Source: Mobula hypostoma (lineage: Eukaryota). Taken from it: DNA of 64,000 nucleotides. The notes below the pieces were generated by a model, which saw nothing but the letters and a program-made list of their open reading frames with translations, made no database searches and had not been told where the DNA came from. Every line of letters starts with the position of its first letter. Position 1 is the stretch's first letter. The position numbers and the translations under genes are program-made. Where the stretch lies: NCBI RefSeq assembly GCF_963921235.1, contig NC_086109.1, forward strand, positions 4,404,001-4,468,000, read 5' to 3'. Below, in pieces: positions 12,740 to 25,599 of this stretch.

Positions 12740-13235
12740 CCATCATTAACCGAGACACTGCCTCGGAGAGCAGTATCCAACAACAGGGACCCCCGCCACC
12801 CAGGACATGCTTTCATTTCACTGCTGCCATCAGGAAGAAGGTACAGGAGCCTCAGGACCTCACCACCAGGTTCAGGAACAGTTACTACCCCTCAATCATC
12901 AGGCTCTTGGACCAGAGGAGATAACTCACACCCATCTCTGAGATGTTCCCACAACCTATGGACTCACTTTCGAGGACTCGTCATCTTATGTTCTCGATAT
13001 TTGTTGCTTATTTGTTATGATTAGTATTATTATTTCTCTTTTTCCCCCTTCCTTTTTGTTTTTCCACCTTTGTTGCTTTTTGCACGTTGGTTGTTTGTCC
13101 ATCCTGTTGGGTGCAGTCTTTCATTGATTCCGTTGTGTTTCTCATATTTACTGTGAATGCCCACAAGAAAATGAACTCAGGGTTGTATTTGGTGACATTT
13201 ATGTACTTTGATAATAGGTTTACTTTGAACTTTGC
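12740..13235 (+). mobile_element. Rex1/Babar-type LINE 3' end
   Basis: DPRHPGHAFISLLPSGRRYRSL and tail tttactttgaactttg. Confidence 0.75.
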
Positions 13236-13384
13236 TCATTACGGACTGACAAGCACCTGAGTGAAGGGATCTCTGCTCCCCACTATCCTAACAGGCCAAC
13301 ACCTAACTTTCTCCACAATTGTTTCATAGTGAAATGGTTTAAAACATAGTAACCAAGTGAGAAGAAGATCTATTCGTCACTTAC

Positions 13385-13458
13385 TCTGACAAGACATATC
13401 ACCTCTGGTCCATCCATTTTTAGTGCACAGCCTCCTATTTCTCCCATACAGAATATAG
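13385..13458 (-). CDS. Gene B exon 3: second half of split CCP (YILYGRNRRLCTKNGWTRGDMSCQ)
   Basis: Acceptor tttttttttcag, donor A|GTAAGT. 74 nt, phase 2-1, same as gene A exon 4. Confidence 0.92.
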
Positions 13459-14576
13459 CTGAAAAAAAAAGCTTCAGATGAACTGGGCAAGATTCAAGAG
13501 TCAGATTTATTTATCAGGCGTACATCGAACCATACAGTAAAAGCTATCATTGGCATTAACAACAAACAAAATGTAAGGCTGTGCTGGGGCAGCCAGCAAA
13601 TGTTGCCACATATCCTGGAGCCAGCATAGCTTACACATGTGCACAGCAGAACAACATTGGACCATAAGATAAAGGAGCAGAAGTAAGCCATTTGGCCCAT
13701 CCAGTCTGCTCTGCCATTCAATCATGGCTGGTCCAATTCTTCCAGTCACCCCAACTCCCTTGCCTTCTCCCCATACCCTCTGATGCCCTGGCTAATCAAG
13801 AACCTATCCTGATGCACACACAGGGTCACCCATACAAACCAAAACTAACTGAATTACAATGGGTTTCCCATTCCTTACAACTGGGTGGTATTTTTCCCAA
13901 TAGAGATTAGGAAGCAAAATTCTAAACTCCAAAGCAGTGTGTAGAGCCAGCTTTGCAGACATGTGTGAAACTAGGCCGGTACAAGAACAGGCCATTCAGC
14001 CCATCGCTTCTGTGCTGATTACGAGCCCAGTCTAAATAATTCCCTCCAACGCCACTCAGAATCAGGATCAGCTTTAATATCACTGGCCATATGCTGTGAA
14101 ATTTGTTGTTATGTAGCAGCTGTACATTGCAATACATAATAATAAATAACTCTATTCCAGTAAGTGTATTTAGTATATTTTTCAGTGTGTATAAGTAAGT
14201 GGTGGAAAAAAAGCAGTGAGGTGGTGTTCATGGGTTCAGTGTCCATTCAGAAATCTGATGGTGGAAGGAGAAGAAACTGTCCCTGAATTACTGAGAGTGG
14301 ATCTTCAGGCTCCTGAACCTCCTCCCTGATGGTAGCAGTGAGAAGAGGCCATGTCCTGGGTGGTAGGGAGGGGTGGGGTGTCTTTAGTGATGGATCCTGT
14401 CTTCCATAAACATGGCTATCGTATCTGCTTCCAGCTCCTCGACTAGCAGCGTGTTCCAGTCACATAACAGTCTTTTTCTAAAAGACTTACCCGTACATTT
14501 CCTTTAAACTTCTCTGCTCTCACCTACACCCATGCCCTCTACTACATGATTTTCTCATAATCATTATACACCAGGT

Positions 14577-15033
14577 CTTTCATATGAAGAAAGACTGGAT
14601 GAACTGGGCTTGTACTCGTTGGAATTTAGAAGATTGAGGGGGGATCTGATTGAAACGTATAAGATCCTAAAGGGATTGGACAGGCTAGATGCGGGAAGAT
14701 TGTTCCCGATGTTGGGGAGGTCTAGAACGAGGGGTCACAGTTTGAGGATAGAGGGGAAGCCTTTTAGGACCGAGGTTAGGAAAAACTTCTTCACACAGAG
14801 AGTGGTGAATCTGTGGAATTCTCTGCCACAGCAAACTGTTGAGGCCAGTTCATTAGCTATGTTTAAAAGGAAGTTAGATATGGCCCTTGTGGCTACAGGG
14901 GTCACGGGGTATGGAGGGAAGGCTGGGTTCTGAGTTGGATGATCAGCCATGATCATAATAAATGGCGGTGCAGGCTCGAAGGGCCGAATGGCCTACTCCT
15001 GCACCTATTTTCTATGTTTCTATGTTTCTATGT
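14577..15033 (+). mobile_element. CR1/HER1 LINE 3' end (young)
   Basis: YSLEFRRLRGDLIETYKIL...FFTQRVVNLWNSLP and a (tttctatg)n tail. Confidence 0.92.
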
Positions 15034-16202
15034 ATGACATGGGCAAACATGGTCTCACGTCCATGATTGTTCTTGACAAATTGGTCGACAGAGATGGTTG
15101 CCATTGCCTCCTTCTAGACGGTGTCTTCACAAGACGGGTGACCCCAGCCATTATCAATACACTACCCTGCCAAAAACACTCCATCTACCCAATCAATGCC
15201 TCACATAATCTTATAAACCTCCATCAGGCCATTCCTCAGCCTCTAATGCTGCACAAAAAATAACCCAAGATTGGCCAGGCAGGGAATGGAGACACATGGA
15301 CCATGTGTAGGCAGGTGGGATTAGTTTAAGTTGGCATCTGGGTCTGCATAGCCATGATGGGCTGAAGGGCTTGTTCCTGTGCTCTATTATTCCACCAGGG
15401 AGTGATGGCTTGGAGTGGATCCACCTGGAATTAACTACAACAACACCCTTAGTGGTCATCCCCCAGTGTTCACTCCCAGTGATCACGCTTGGTGTTCACC
15501 CCCCAGTAGTCACTCTCAGTTCTCTTAGCAATGGTCACTCCTTGCAGTTAGTCCATTGTTCACACTCAGTAGTCACTCATAATGTCTAGTGTTAAACAGT
15601 GAAAATTCTGCCTCCCCCTGACAACACACAGTCTGCAGAGATCCACGGTGGGGGTGGGGGAGAGGGAGACCTGCCTTTTCCTTGGTTTTACTCCTGGGGT
15701 CTGACACAGCCCCATCCCTGTAAACCACCACAGGCAGTGAGCTGGTGATTCTGAGCTGAGGGGAGATCTCCGGTAAGGGAGGTGGAGAGGGGGAGATAAA
15801 ATCATCTGGTTGGTAGCTGCTTACAGGAAGTCAGCCAGCCAGCAGAGATAGATGGGGCTGGGTTTCTCACCAGTTACCTCCCTCCACAGCCCTCCTGCAG
15901 GGTGGAGATAAGCTGGCTAAACATTGGATATTGGAGAGACTGATGCAGGTCTCGGCTGACATGGGTGGAGACAACTTAGAACATAAGACCATAAAACATA
16001 GGAGCATAATTAGGCCATTCAGCCCATCAAGTCTGCTCTTCCATCATCATGGCTGATTTAATATCCCACTCGACCCCATTTCCTGCCTTCTCTCCATAAC
16101 CTTTGATGCCCCGACTAAAAAAGAACAGCTTTAAAGATACCAAATATCTCAATCTCAACAGCCGTCTGTTGTCATATGGTCTAATGGAGAGTCAGTGCTT
16201 AC

Positions 16203-16299
16203 CCTTCATTACAGGTGTAGTGCGTCCAGCTCCCAACTGAGTAGCTCGGTACACTGTAGTCCCCATTCTCCAGGGCTGGTGGAGTACCACAGCTGTCGG
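16203..16299 (-). CDS. Gene B exon 2: first half of split CCP (ADSCGTPPALENGDYSVPSYSVGSWTHYTCNEG)
   Basis: Acceptor tgtttgtgttttgtgcag, donor GG|GTAAG. 97 nt, phase 1-2, same length and phases as gene A exon 3. Confidence 0.92.
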
Positions 16300-16701
16300 C
16301 TGCACAAAACACAAACACCTTCACCATCAATTTTATAAACTCCGATGCCATACATTAAATGCAATTTCAGGAGGATTCAAATCCTTTAGCTTGCAACACT
16401 CCTCCGGGGTTTGGACCATTAACTTGGAATTTAAATGTAATCTCTAAAAATTAAATGAGGATCTCAAAATAAATATGAAAATTTGACTAACTTCTACAGA
16501 AGTGTAGTGGAGAGTATATTGACTGGTTGTAACACAGCCTAGTATGGAAATACCAATGCCTTTGAATGGAAAATCCGACAAAAGGTAGTGCATTTGGCCC
16601 AATAAATCATAGGTATATCCCTCCTATCCACTAAGTACATCTACAAGAAACACTGTTGTAGCACAGATATTCGCCATCAGAGATTCCCACCACCCAGGTC
16701 A

Positions 16702-18170
16702 ATAGACAATAGACAATAGACAATAGGTGCAGGAGTAGGCCATTCGGCCTTTGAGCCAGCACCACTATTCACTGTGATCATGGCTGATCATCCACAATCA
16801 GTATCCAGTTCCTGCCTTATCCCCATAACCTTTGATTCCGCTATCTTTAAGAGCTCTATCCATCTCTTTCTTGAAAGCATCCAGAGACTTGGCCTCCACT
16901 GCCTTCTGGGGCAGAGCACTCCACATATCCACCACTCTCTGGCAGAAAAAGTTTTTCTTCCATTCCGTTCTAAATGGCCTACCCCTTACTCTTAAACTGT
17001 GGCCTCTGGTTCTGCACTCAGCGGGAACATGTTTCCTGCCTCTAGCGTGTCCAATCACTTTATAATCTTATATGTTTCAATCAGATCCCCTCTCATCCTT
17101 CTAAATTCCAGTGTATACATGCCCAGTCGCTCCAATCTTTCAACATATGACAGTCCCGCCATACCGAGAATTAACCTTGTGAATCAACGCTGCACTCCGT
17201 CAATAGCAAGAATGTCCTTCCTCAAATTTGGAGACCAAAACTGCACACAGTACTCCAGGTGTGGTCTCACCAGGGCCCTGTACAGCTGCAGAAGGACCTC
17301 TTTGCTCTTATACTCAATTTCCCTTGTTATGAAGGCCAGCATGCCATTAGCTTTCTTCACTGCCTGCTGTACTTGCATGCTTGCTTTCAGTGACTGATGT
17401 ACCAAAACACCTAGATCTCGTTGTGCTTCCCTGTTTCCAAACTTAACTCCATTTAGTTAATAATCTGCCTTCCTGTTCTTACCACCTCACATTTATCCAC
17501 ATTAAACTGCATCTGCCATGCATCCGCCCACTCACCCAGCCTGTCTAAGTCACCCTGCATTTTCATAACATCCTCCTCACATTTCACACTGCCACCCAGT
17601 TTTGTGTCATCTGCAAATTTGCTAATGCTACTTCTAATCCCTTCATCTACATCATTAATGTATATTGTAAACAGCTGCGAACCCAGCACTGAACCTTGCG
17701 GTATCTCACTGGTCATTGCCTGCCATTCTGAAAGGGACCCGTTAATCGCTACTCTTTGTTTTCTGTCAGCCAGCCAATTCTCAATCCATGTCAGTACTCT
17801 GCTCCCAATACCATGTGCCCTAATTTTGCCCACTAACCTCCTATGTGGGACTTTATCAAAGGCTTTCTGAAAGTCCAGGTACACTACATCCACTGGCTCT
17901 CCCTTGTCCATTTTCATAGTTACATCCTCAAAAAATTCCAGAAGATTAGGCAAGCACGATTTCCCCTTCGTAAATCCATGCTGACTCGGACTATCCTGTT
18001 ACTGCTATCCAAATGTGTCGTAATTTCATCTTTTATAATTGACTCCAGCATCTTTCCCACCACTGACGTCAGGCTAACCGGTCTATAATTCCCTGTTTTC
18101 TCTCTCCCTCCTTTCTTGAAAAGTGGGACAACATTAACCACCCTCCAATCCACAGGAACTGATCCTGAAT
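16702..18170 (-). mobile_element. CR1/HER1 LINE (RT) nested in a Rex-type LINE (~16480-18605), 8-bp TSD
   Basis: YLDFQKAFDKVPH, PQGSVLG, KFADDTK motifs. (atagaca)n tail. CCAGGTCA at 16694-16701 and 18171-18178. Confidence 0.9.
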
Positions 18171-19179
18171 CCAGGTCATGCTCTCTTCTCACTGCTGCCA
18201 TCAGGTAGAAGGTACAAGAGCCGCAGGACTTACACCTCCAAGTTCAGGAACAGTTCCTACCACTCAACCATCAGACTCTTGAATAGAAGGGGATAACTAC
18301 TTTCATTTGCACCATCTCAGGGTGGTATATGGTGACATATATGTACACTGATAATAAATGTCCCCACAACCAATGATCGCACTGTAAGGACTCTTTATCT
18401 CATTATCTCATGTTCTTGTTATTTATTGCTATTTACTTATATTTGTATTTGCAGTTTGTTGTCTTCTGCACTCTGGCTGATCTTTCATTGATCCTGTTAT
18501 AGTTACTATTCTATAGATTTGCTGAGTATGCCCACAGGAAAATGAATCTCAGGGTGGTATATGGTGACATATATGTACACTGATAATGAAATTTACCTCG
18601 AACTTTGAAATATCACATTCTGAGTGAAGTTCATGTGCACTGAGTTAAGTATTATTTATATGTTTTTGACCTAATTGACATTGGCCAATAAGAAAGGGCC
18701 CATGTTTACTTAGAAGCGTTCATGCTTGCAAATGAAGAAGATCTCAAAATCCACAGACGGAGGAGACCAGCAACCAATAATGCAAAGCCTTTCCTTTGCT
18801 TGATGGGACAAATGACCTAATTCTGTTCCTACAACTTATTGTCTTATGTCCTTCTAAGTCCGGCCCCTCCACGTACCTATCCAAGTTTTTCTTAAATGAC
18901 ACTATTGTACCTGACTCAACCACTTCCTCTAGCAGCTTGTTCCACACACTCACCACCCTCTACATGAAAATGGTGCCCCCCAGGCCCTTTTTAAATCTTT
19001 CCCCTTACATCCCAGAAGAGGGCAGTTGCTGGAGCAACGAGCAATGTGCTGGTGCAGAGTTCCCACCAAGGCCAACCACTGTTCCTTTCCCTCCTCAGAC
19101 ACTGCCCAACTCAGCGGGCTTCCCCTCTTGTCCTCAGAAGAACAAGGGCAGGCGACTCAGGACAGCACCACCACCTGTA

Positions 19180-19775
19180 AGACCATGAGGCATAGGAGCA
19201 GAATCGAGTCATTCGGCCCATCGAATCTTCGCCACCATTCCATCATGATTGATTTAATTTGCCACTCAGACATTTCCTGCCTTCTACCCGTTAGCTTTGA
19301 CACCCTGTCTAATCAAGAACCTACCGAATTCCGCTTTAAATATACCCAATGACCTGGCCTCCACAGCCGTCTGTGGCAATGAATTCCACAGATACACCAC
19401 CCTCTGGCTAAAGAAATTCTTCCTCATTTCTGTTCTAAATGGAAGTCCCTCCATTCTGAGACTTTGCCCTCTGATCCTAAACTCCCCCACTATTGGAAAA
19501 ATCCTCTCCACATCCACTCTATCTAGGCCTTTCTATGGTAGGTTTCAATTCGATCACCCTTCGTTTTTTGAAACTCCGGCGATTACAGGCCCATAGTTGT
19601 CAAACTCTCTTCATACATTAACTCTTTCATTCCCAGAATTATTCATGTGAACCTCTTCCGGACTCTCTCCAATACCAGCACAACTTTTCTTAGATAAGGG
19701 GCCTAAAACTACTCACAATACTCCAAGTGTGGTCTGACCAATGCCTTATAAACCTCAGCATTACATCCTTGCTTT
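19180..19775 (-). mobile_element. CR1/HER1 LINE 3' fragment
   Basis: FRTEMRKNFFSQRVVYLWNSLPQTAVEA. Confidence 0.85.
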
Positions 19776-20469
19776 GACAGCCACTCTGGAGGTCAAGGGC
19801 AGGGAACTCAGGGAAGCACCCACAGGTTCACTACCAAATTCACAGCTGACCTTAACGTGTATCACAGTTCCCTCACCACCTCTGGCTCTAAACCCCGGGA
19901 CTCCTTCCCCACACAACACTGGAGGGTAGAAGCTGTCAGAGTGGCAGAGAGGAATACAGGTGTCCTTGGAGGTGAGTGGGGGCTGACTCCATCAGGACAG
20001 AATGAACAGCAGTCCAGGCGAGTACCATTGCTACAGAAAGAGGCATGTGGATAGGTACATGGAGGGTCTTGGAGGGTCACAGGCATTGGGACAACAGAGA
20101 GGGTGCTGTAGTGCATGGACCAGTTGGGCCAAAGGGCCTTTTTCAGAGCTGTATGACTCTATTGGGGCTGAGGCTGCAATAACAGGCGGGACGGTTCAGC
20201 AGTGAATCACCATGGATCAGCACGACCTGAGCCGTCCCAAGGGGTACAGACGGTATTCAGGGCCAGAATCTGACGGCAGTCCCACTGCTTGTTCCTCGGT
20301 AGCAGGGGAGGGTTGGGTGTCCTCGGAGTTGGTGGGTATTAGGGCCGACGAGTTTCGGGACCGGACTCTGGTGGTGGTCCGGGTACCAGGAGACTTAGAG
20401 GAGGGGCAGGGACGGTTGTAGAACGGGGGAAGGAGCGGAGGGAGAGAAGAGCAGAGATAATGTAGGGAA

Positions 20470-20800
20470 CAGGAAGGGGAAGGGCCCTGGACGGTGTAGG
20501 GTGGGGACGGAGTGGGGAAGGGGAAGGGCCCAGGACAGTGTAGGGTTGGGACAGAGTGGGGAAGGGGAAGGGGAAGGGCCCGGGACGGTGTAGGGTTGGG
20601 ACAGAGTGGGGAAGGGGAAGGGCCCTGGACGGTGTAGGGTGGGGACGGAGTGGGGAAGGGGAAGGGGAAGGGCCCGGGACGGTGTAGAGTGGGTCGGAGT
20701 GGGGAAGGGGAAGGGCCCTGGACGGTGTAGGGTGGGGATGGAGTGGGGAAGGGGAAGGGGAAGGGGAAGGGGAAGGGGAAGGGCCCGGGACGGTGTAGGA
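20470..20800. repeat. G-rich minisatellite (~46-58 bp unit) in gene B intron 1
   Basis: Repeats of ggacggtgtagggt..gagtggggaaggggaagggccc. Confidence 0.9.
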
Positions 20801-20860
20801 TAGGGGCGGGTTGGGAGTTGCTTAGGGGCGTGTGGGGAAGGGGAAACAACAGTAACTCAC

Positions 20861-20915
20861 CCTGGCTTCCTCCGACAAACGCAAAAAGCAGCAGCGCAAC
20901 CAGGAAGGGCTTCAT
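20861..20915 (-). CDS. Gene B (single-CCP RCA-like protein) exon 1: signal peptide MKPFLVALLLFAFVGGSQ
   Basis: Kozak-like GCCAAGATG, classic hydrophobic leader, phase-1 donor G|GTGAGT, CpG-rich surroundings. Confidence 0.88.
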
Positions 20916-21200
20916 CTTGGCGCCGTGACAGTGATCCGTTTACCGGCTGCGGACACTCACTCGCTCCGTGACGGTGATCGGAGCCCAGGCGGTGGACTCC
21001 TGCTGGATCCTGCGATCGGCCGCCTCTGTTCGCCCGGGCTGGGACGGTGACGGCTCCAGCAGAGAGCGAGTGTAGAGCGGAGCGCCTGTCACCAGAGATA
21101 AGGGAGGCGGCAACACAGAGAGACGCCCCGGCAAGAGAACAACCCCGCCCGGGAGTGTTGTCCAGGGGGCACCGGAGTGTCGACTGAGAGAGAATGCGAG
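20870..21200 (-). promoter_or_regulatory. CpG-rich promoter / 5' UTR of gene B
   Basis: Dense CpG dinucleotides immediately upstream (on -) of the signal-peptide ATG. GC-box ccccgccc near 21143. Confidence 0.65.
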
Positions 21201-22082
21201 AGAGGGCATAGGGAGGAAGGAAGGGTGGGGTAGGGAGAGGAAGGAAGGGTGGGGTAGAGAGAGGAGGGGAGAGGGAGGAGTGGAGAGGGAGGAGGGGAGA
21301 GGGAGGGAGGGGAAAGGAGGGGAAGAGGGAGGGAGGGGAAAGGAGGGGGAGAGGGAGGGAGGGAGGGAGGGGAAAAGAGGGAGGATGGGAGGGAGGGAGG
21401 AGTGGAGGGGAGGGAAAGGAGGGAGGAGGGAGAGGAGGGGGGAGGAGGGAGAGGAGGAGGGGGGAGGGAGGGGGGAGGGAGGAGGGAGAGGAGGAGGAAG
21501 GGGAGGTGGTGAGGGAGGGAGGGGAGGGAGGAGGAGGAGGGGAGAGGGAGGGGGGGAGAGGGAGGGAGGGGGAGGAGGGAGGAGGGAGGGAGGGGGAGGA
21601 GGGAAAAGGGAGGGAGGGAGGGAGGGGGAGGGAAGGAGGAAGGAGAGGGGAGAGAGGGAGGTGAAAGGTGAAGGGGAACGATTGAATGGATGGAGAGGGG
21701 AGAGAGGAACTGGGAGAAGGGGAAAGTAAAGACAGAGAAGAGAGGGGAGACAGAAGAAGGGAGGGGAGGGTGTGGGGTAGAGGAGGGGTAGAGGAGAGAA
21801 AAAAGTGGGGGAGTGAGGGGGTGAGGGAAGGGGAGAGAAAGGGAAGGGAGGGTTTGAGGGAAGTGGTGGGAGAGGAGAGGGCAGGGAAGGGGAAGGGAGT
21901 GGGGGAGAAGAAGGGTGTGGGAGAGGGGAAAGATGGGGAAAGAGAGAGAGGGCAGAGGGGAGAAGGAGGGGATGGGAGAAGCGGGCAGAGGGTGGAGGGG
22001 GAGGTATGGGAGAGGACTGAGGAAGAGAGAAGGGGAGGAGGAGGGAGTGAGGGAGTGAAGAAACAGGGAGAGGAGGAACGAG
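21200..22082. repeat. Polypurine (G/A) low-complexity tract, ~0.9 kb
   Basis: Almost exclusively G and A on the + strand. Confidence 0.95.
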
Positions 22083-22379
22083 GACATGATCTCTAATCCA
22101 GGCAGCATCCTAGTAAATCTCCTCTGCATCCTCTCTAAATCTTCCACATCCTTCCCATAATGAGGTGACCAGAGTTAAATGTAGAAGTATTGTCCACAGC
22201 CCACAGAAATTCACCATGGTTTACCAGTGCCATCTTCCTGCAGCTGGGCTGGGCTGTCTTCCATTGATTCTGTAACGGTTATTACTCTATAGGTTATATG
22301 AGTATGCCCAAGGTTGTAAATGGAGACAGATGTACTTTGATAATAAATTTACTTTGAACTTTGGACTTTGTTATTCCAT

Positions 22380-24180
22380 GTAGGTCCCCTACAGACAGAA
22401 AAAGGTGAATTTATTATGTGGAGCAAGGACATGGCAAACCAATTGAATAACTACTTTGGTTCTGTCTTCAATAAGGAGGACATAAATAATCTTCCGGAAA
22501 TAGTAGGGGACAGAGGGTCCAGTGAGATAGAGGAACTGAGGGAAATACATGTTAGTAGGGAAGTGGTGTTAGGTAAATTGAAGGGATTAAAGGCAGATAA
22601 ATCCCCAGGGCCAGATGGTCTGCATCCTAGAGTGCTTAAGGAAGTAGCCCAAGAAATAGTGGATGCATTAGTGATAATTTTTCAAAACTCTTTAAATTCT
22701 GGACTAGTTCCTGAGGATTGGAGGGTGGCTAATGTAACCCCACTTTTTAAAAAGGGAGAGAGAGAGAAACCAGGGAATTATAGACCGGTTAGCCTAACAT
22801 TGGTGGTGGGGAAAATGCTAGAGTCAGTTATCAAAGATGTGATAACAGCACATTTGGAAAGCAGTGAAATCATCAGACAAAGTCAGCATGGAGTTGTGAA
22901 AGAAAAATCATGTCTGACGAACCTCATAGAATTTTTTGAGGATGTAACTAGTAGAGTGGGTAGGGGAGAACCAGTGGATGTGGTAGCTTTGGATTTTCAA
23001 AAGGCTTTTGACAAGGTCCCACACAGGAGATTAGTGTGCAAACTTAAAGCACACGGTATTAGGGGTAAGGTATTGATGTGGATAGAGAATTGGTTGGCAG
23101 ACAGGAAGCAAAGAGTGGGAATAAACGAGACCTTTTCAGAATGGCAGGCAGTGACTAGTGGGGTACCGCAAGGCTCAGTGCTGGGACCCCAGTTGTTTAC
23201 AATATATGTTAATGACTTAGACGAGGGAATTAAATGCAGCATCTCCAAGTTTGCGGATGACATGAAGCTGGGCGGCAGTGTTAGCCGTGAGGAGGATGCT
23301 AAGAGGATGCAGGGTGACTTGGACAGGTTGGGTGAGTGGCCAAATTCATGGCAGATGCAATTTAATGAGGATAAATGTGAGGTTATCCACTTTGGTGGCA
23401 AAAACAGGAAAACAAATTATTTTCTGAATGGTGGCCGATTAGGAAAGGGGGAGGTGCAATGAGACCTGGGTGTCATTATACACCAGTCATTGAAAGTGGG
23501 CATGCAGGTACAGCAGGCGGTGAAAAAGGCGAACGGTATGCTGGCATTCATAGCAAGAGGATTCGAGTACAGGAGCAGGGAGGTACTACTGCAGTTGTAC
23601 TAGGCCTTGGTGAGGCCACACCTGGAGTATTGTGTGCAGTTTTGGTCCCCTAATCTGAGGAAAGACATCCTTGCCATAGAGGGAGTACAAAGAAGGTTCA
23701 CCAGATTGATTCCTGGGATGGCAGGACTTTCATATGATGAAAGACTGGATCAACTAGGCTTATACTCATTGGAATTTAGAAGATTGAGGGGGGATCTTAT
23801 TGAAACATATCAATTCTTAAAGGAATTGGACAGGCTAGATGCAGGAAGATTGTTCCCGATGTTGGGAAAGTCCAGAACGAGGGGTCACAGTTTGAGGATA
23901 AAGGGGAAGCCTTTTAGGACGGAGATTAGGAAAAACTTCTTCACACAGAGAGTGGTGAATCTGTGGAATTCTCTGCCACAGGAAACAGTTGAGACCAGTT
24001 CATTGGCTATATTTAAGAGGGAGTTAGATATGGCCCTTGTGGCTAAAGGGATCAGAGGGTATGGAGAGAAGGCTGGTACAGGGTTCTGAGTTGGATGATC
24101 AGCCATGATCACACTGAATGGCGGTGCAGGCTCGAAGAGCCGAATGGCCTACACCTGCACCTATTTTCTAAGTTTCTATG
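22380..24180 (+). mobile_element. CR1/HER1 LINE, 5'-truncated, well-preserved RT (364-aa ORF)
   Basis: KSPGPDG, NYRPVSLT, DFQKAFDKVPH, GVPQGSVLGP, KFADD motifs. In-frame stops further 3'. CR1 tail. Confidence 0.95.
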
Positions 24181-25254
24181 TGTTGTGGAGGCACCTTAAC
24201 ACTCCCTGAATAGTGCTCCCGAGGTGGCCTTCTCTACACCAACAAATCCGAACACAGACCTGAAGAGTATTTCACAGAAAACCTATGCTTGGTCCACAAA
24301 GGCCATCCCATGCTTCCAGATGCCGACCATTCCAGCTCCCATTCCCCATCCCTACACTGACCTATACATCCATGGCTGTCCCACTGACAGGGTGAGGCCC
24401 GACAGAGGCTGGAGGAACAACCCCTCAATTCCACATGGGTGGTCTACAAGCCAGTGGTAGGAACACTGAATTTTCCACTTTTGAGTAAAATTCCATTCCC
24501 TCCCCCAGCCTGTTCCTTCTAATCCTCCCCGGGTCCTCACATTTTTCTCCCCCTTCACCTTTCCCTTCTGCTTCCATTCATAACTACACACACACCTCAG
24601 CTCACCCAAAGGATCGCTGAGACACTCTCCCCCCACCCAGTCCCTGCCTGGTTCCATGTGCCCTACTCCTGTCTCCATATTCGTGCCGACTTATCAGTCC
24701 TGATTACTCAACCATGATGGAACGGCACAGCAGACTTACGGGCTGAATGGCCTAATTCTGCTCCTGTGTCTTATGCAGTCTGGCACTGGCAGATCTTTGA
24801 GTTCCTGGTTCTCTCCCTCCAGCAGCAATCTCTGAGCTTCTCCCTCCTACAGCCTTGCTCTCTCTACCTTTAGTTCTGCTCCTCTCTTTGTTTGCTTGCA
24901 TCGATCACCCCCCCCCCCCCGCCCGACCTTCCCACTCCCCTCCCTTGCCTGGTACAACCTGCCTGTCATCTCACATTCCCACTTCCAGCTCCTGTCTCAC
25001 CACTTCCTTCTCGTTTGGCTGTCTTCCCTCTCCACTTTCAGATCTGGTTTCCACCAGAAACATTGACAGCTCCTCTTCCACCCCCCCCCCTCCCACACAC
25101 ACACACCCACCACCCCTCACAGAGGCTGCTCGACCTGCTGAGTTCCTCCCGCAGCAGCTTTGCGTTGTTCCAGCACCATCCATCACATCACCAATATCAG
25201 AGTCAACCCCAAACTCACCGACCCGGAAACCTCCAAACTCATTCAGACCGTTAA

Positions 25255-25595
25255 TGTGGATGAAGGTGGTGGGGTTGGAGGTGTGTCTCTACCAAGGCAG
25301 GTGTGAGGTGCTCCTTCCCTCTGCTAGCCTGCAGGCCACTCTTGGGCAAGGTGTAGCATCTGCAGGCTAGACCCCCCCCCTCCCACGATCAGGGTCACGA
25401 GAAGCCACGGGAGCAGGTGGTGGATGGTCCTACCAGCACATCACAATTCCTGGTTGTGCGACCACTGACACCAAGTAGACAATCGCTGAAGAGTATTTCT
25501 TTTCTTTCAAATCTTTTTATTGAAGAGTATTGATCATGTCTGGGGTCACCCGTCTTGAAAAGACACTGCCCAGAAGAAGACAATGGCAAAGTACT
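25255..25595 (+). mobile_element. RTE/BovB-related short retroposon; relatives at ~28835-29160 (-), ~15035-15160 (-), ~49385-49610 (+)
   Basis: Shared motif gacactgcccagaagaag.caatggcaaa(ccacttctg). Confidence 0.55.
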
Positions 25596-25599
25596 TCGG

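Noticed and set aside
18314..18587. 42-bp direct repeat (18314 and 18546)
   Set aside because: Internal rearrangement of a LINE 3' tail; no sign of function.
20217..20860. Read-through of the signal-peptide ORF into a Pro/Thr-rich 232-aa protein
   Set aside because: A consensus GTGAGT donor follows the leader, the rest is largely minisatellite, and no phase-1 acceptor was found for the unique part.
13385..20915. Naming gene B IL15RA/IL2RA or CD46/CD55, or gene A C4BPA/C4BPB
   Set aside because: Domain counts differ, and the split-exon module is paralogous between A and B. Orthology cannot be assigned without a search, so no symbols are given.
21089..22147. 352-aa Pro/Ser/Leu-rich ORF and overlapping Gly/Arg/Glu ORFs
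   Set aside because: Artefact of a polypurine tract lacking stop codons; it starts in a CR1 fragment.
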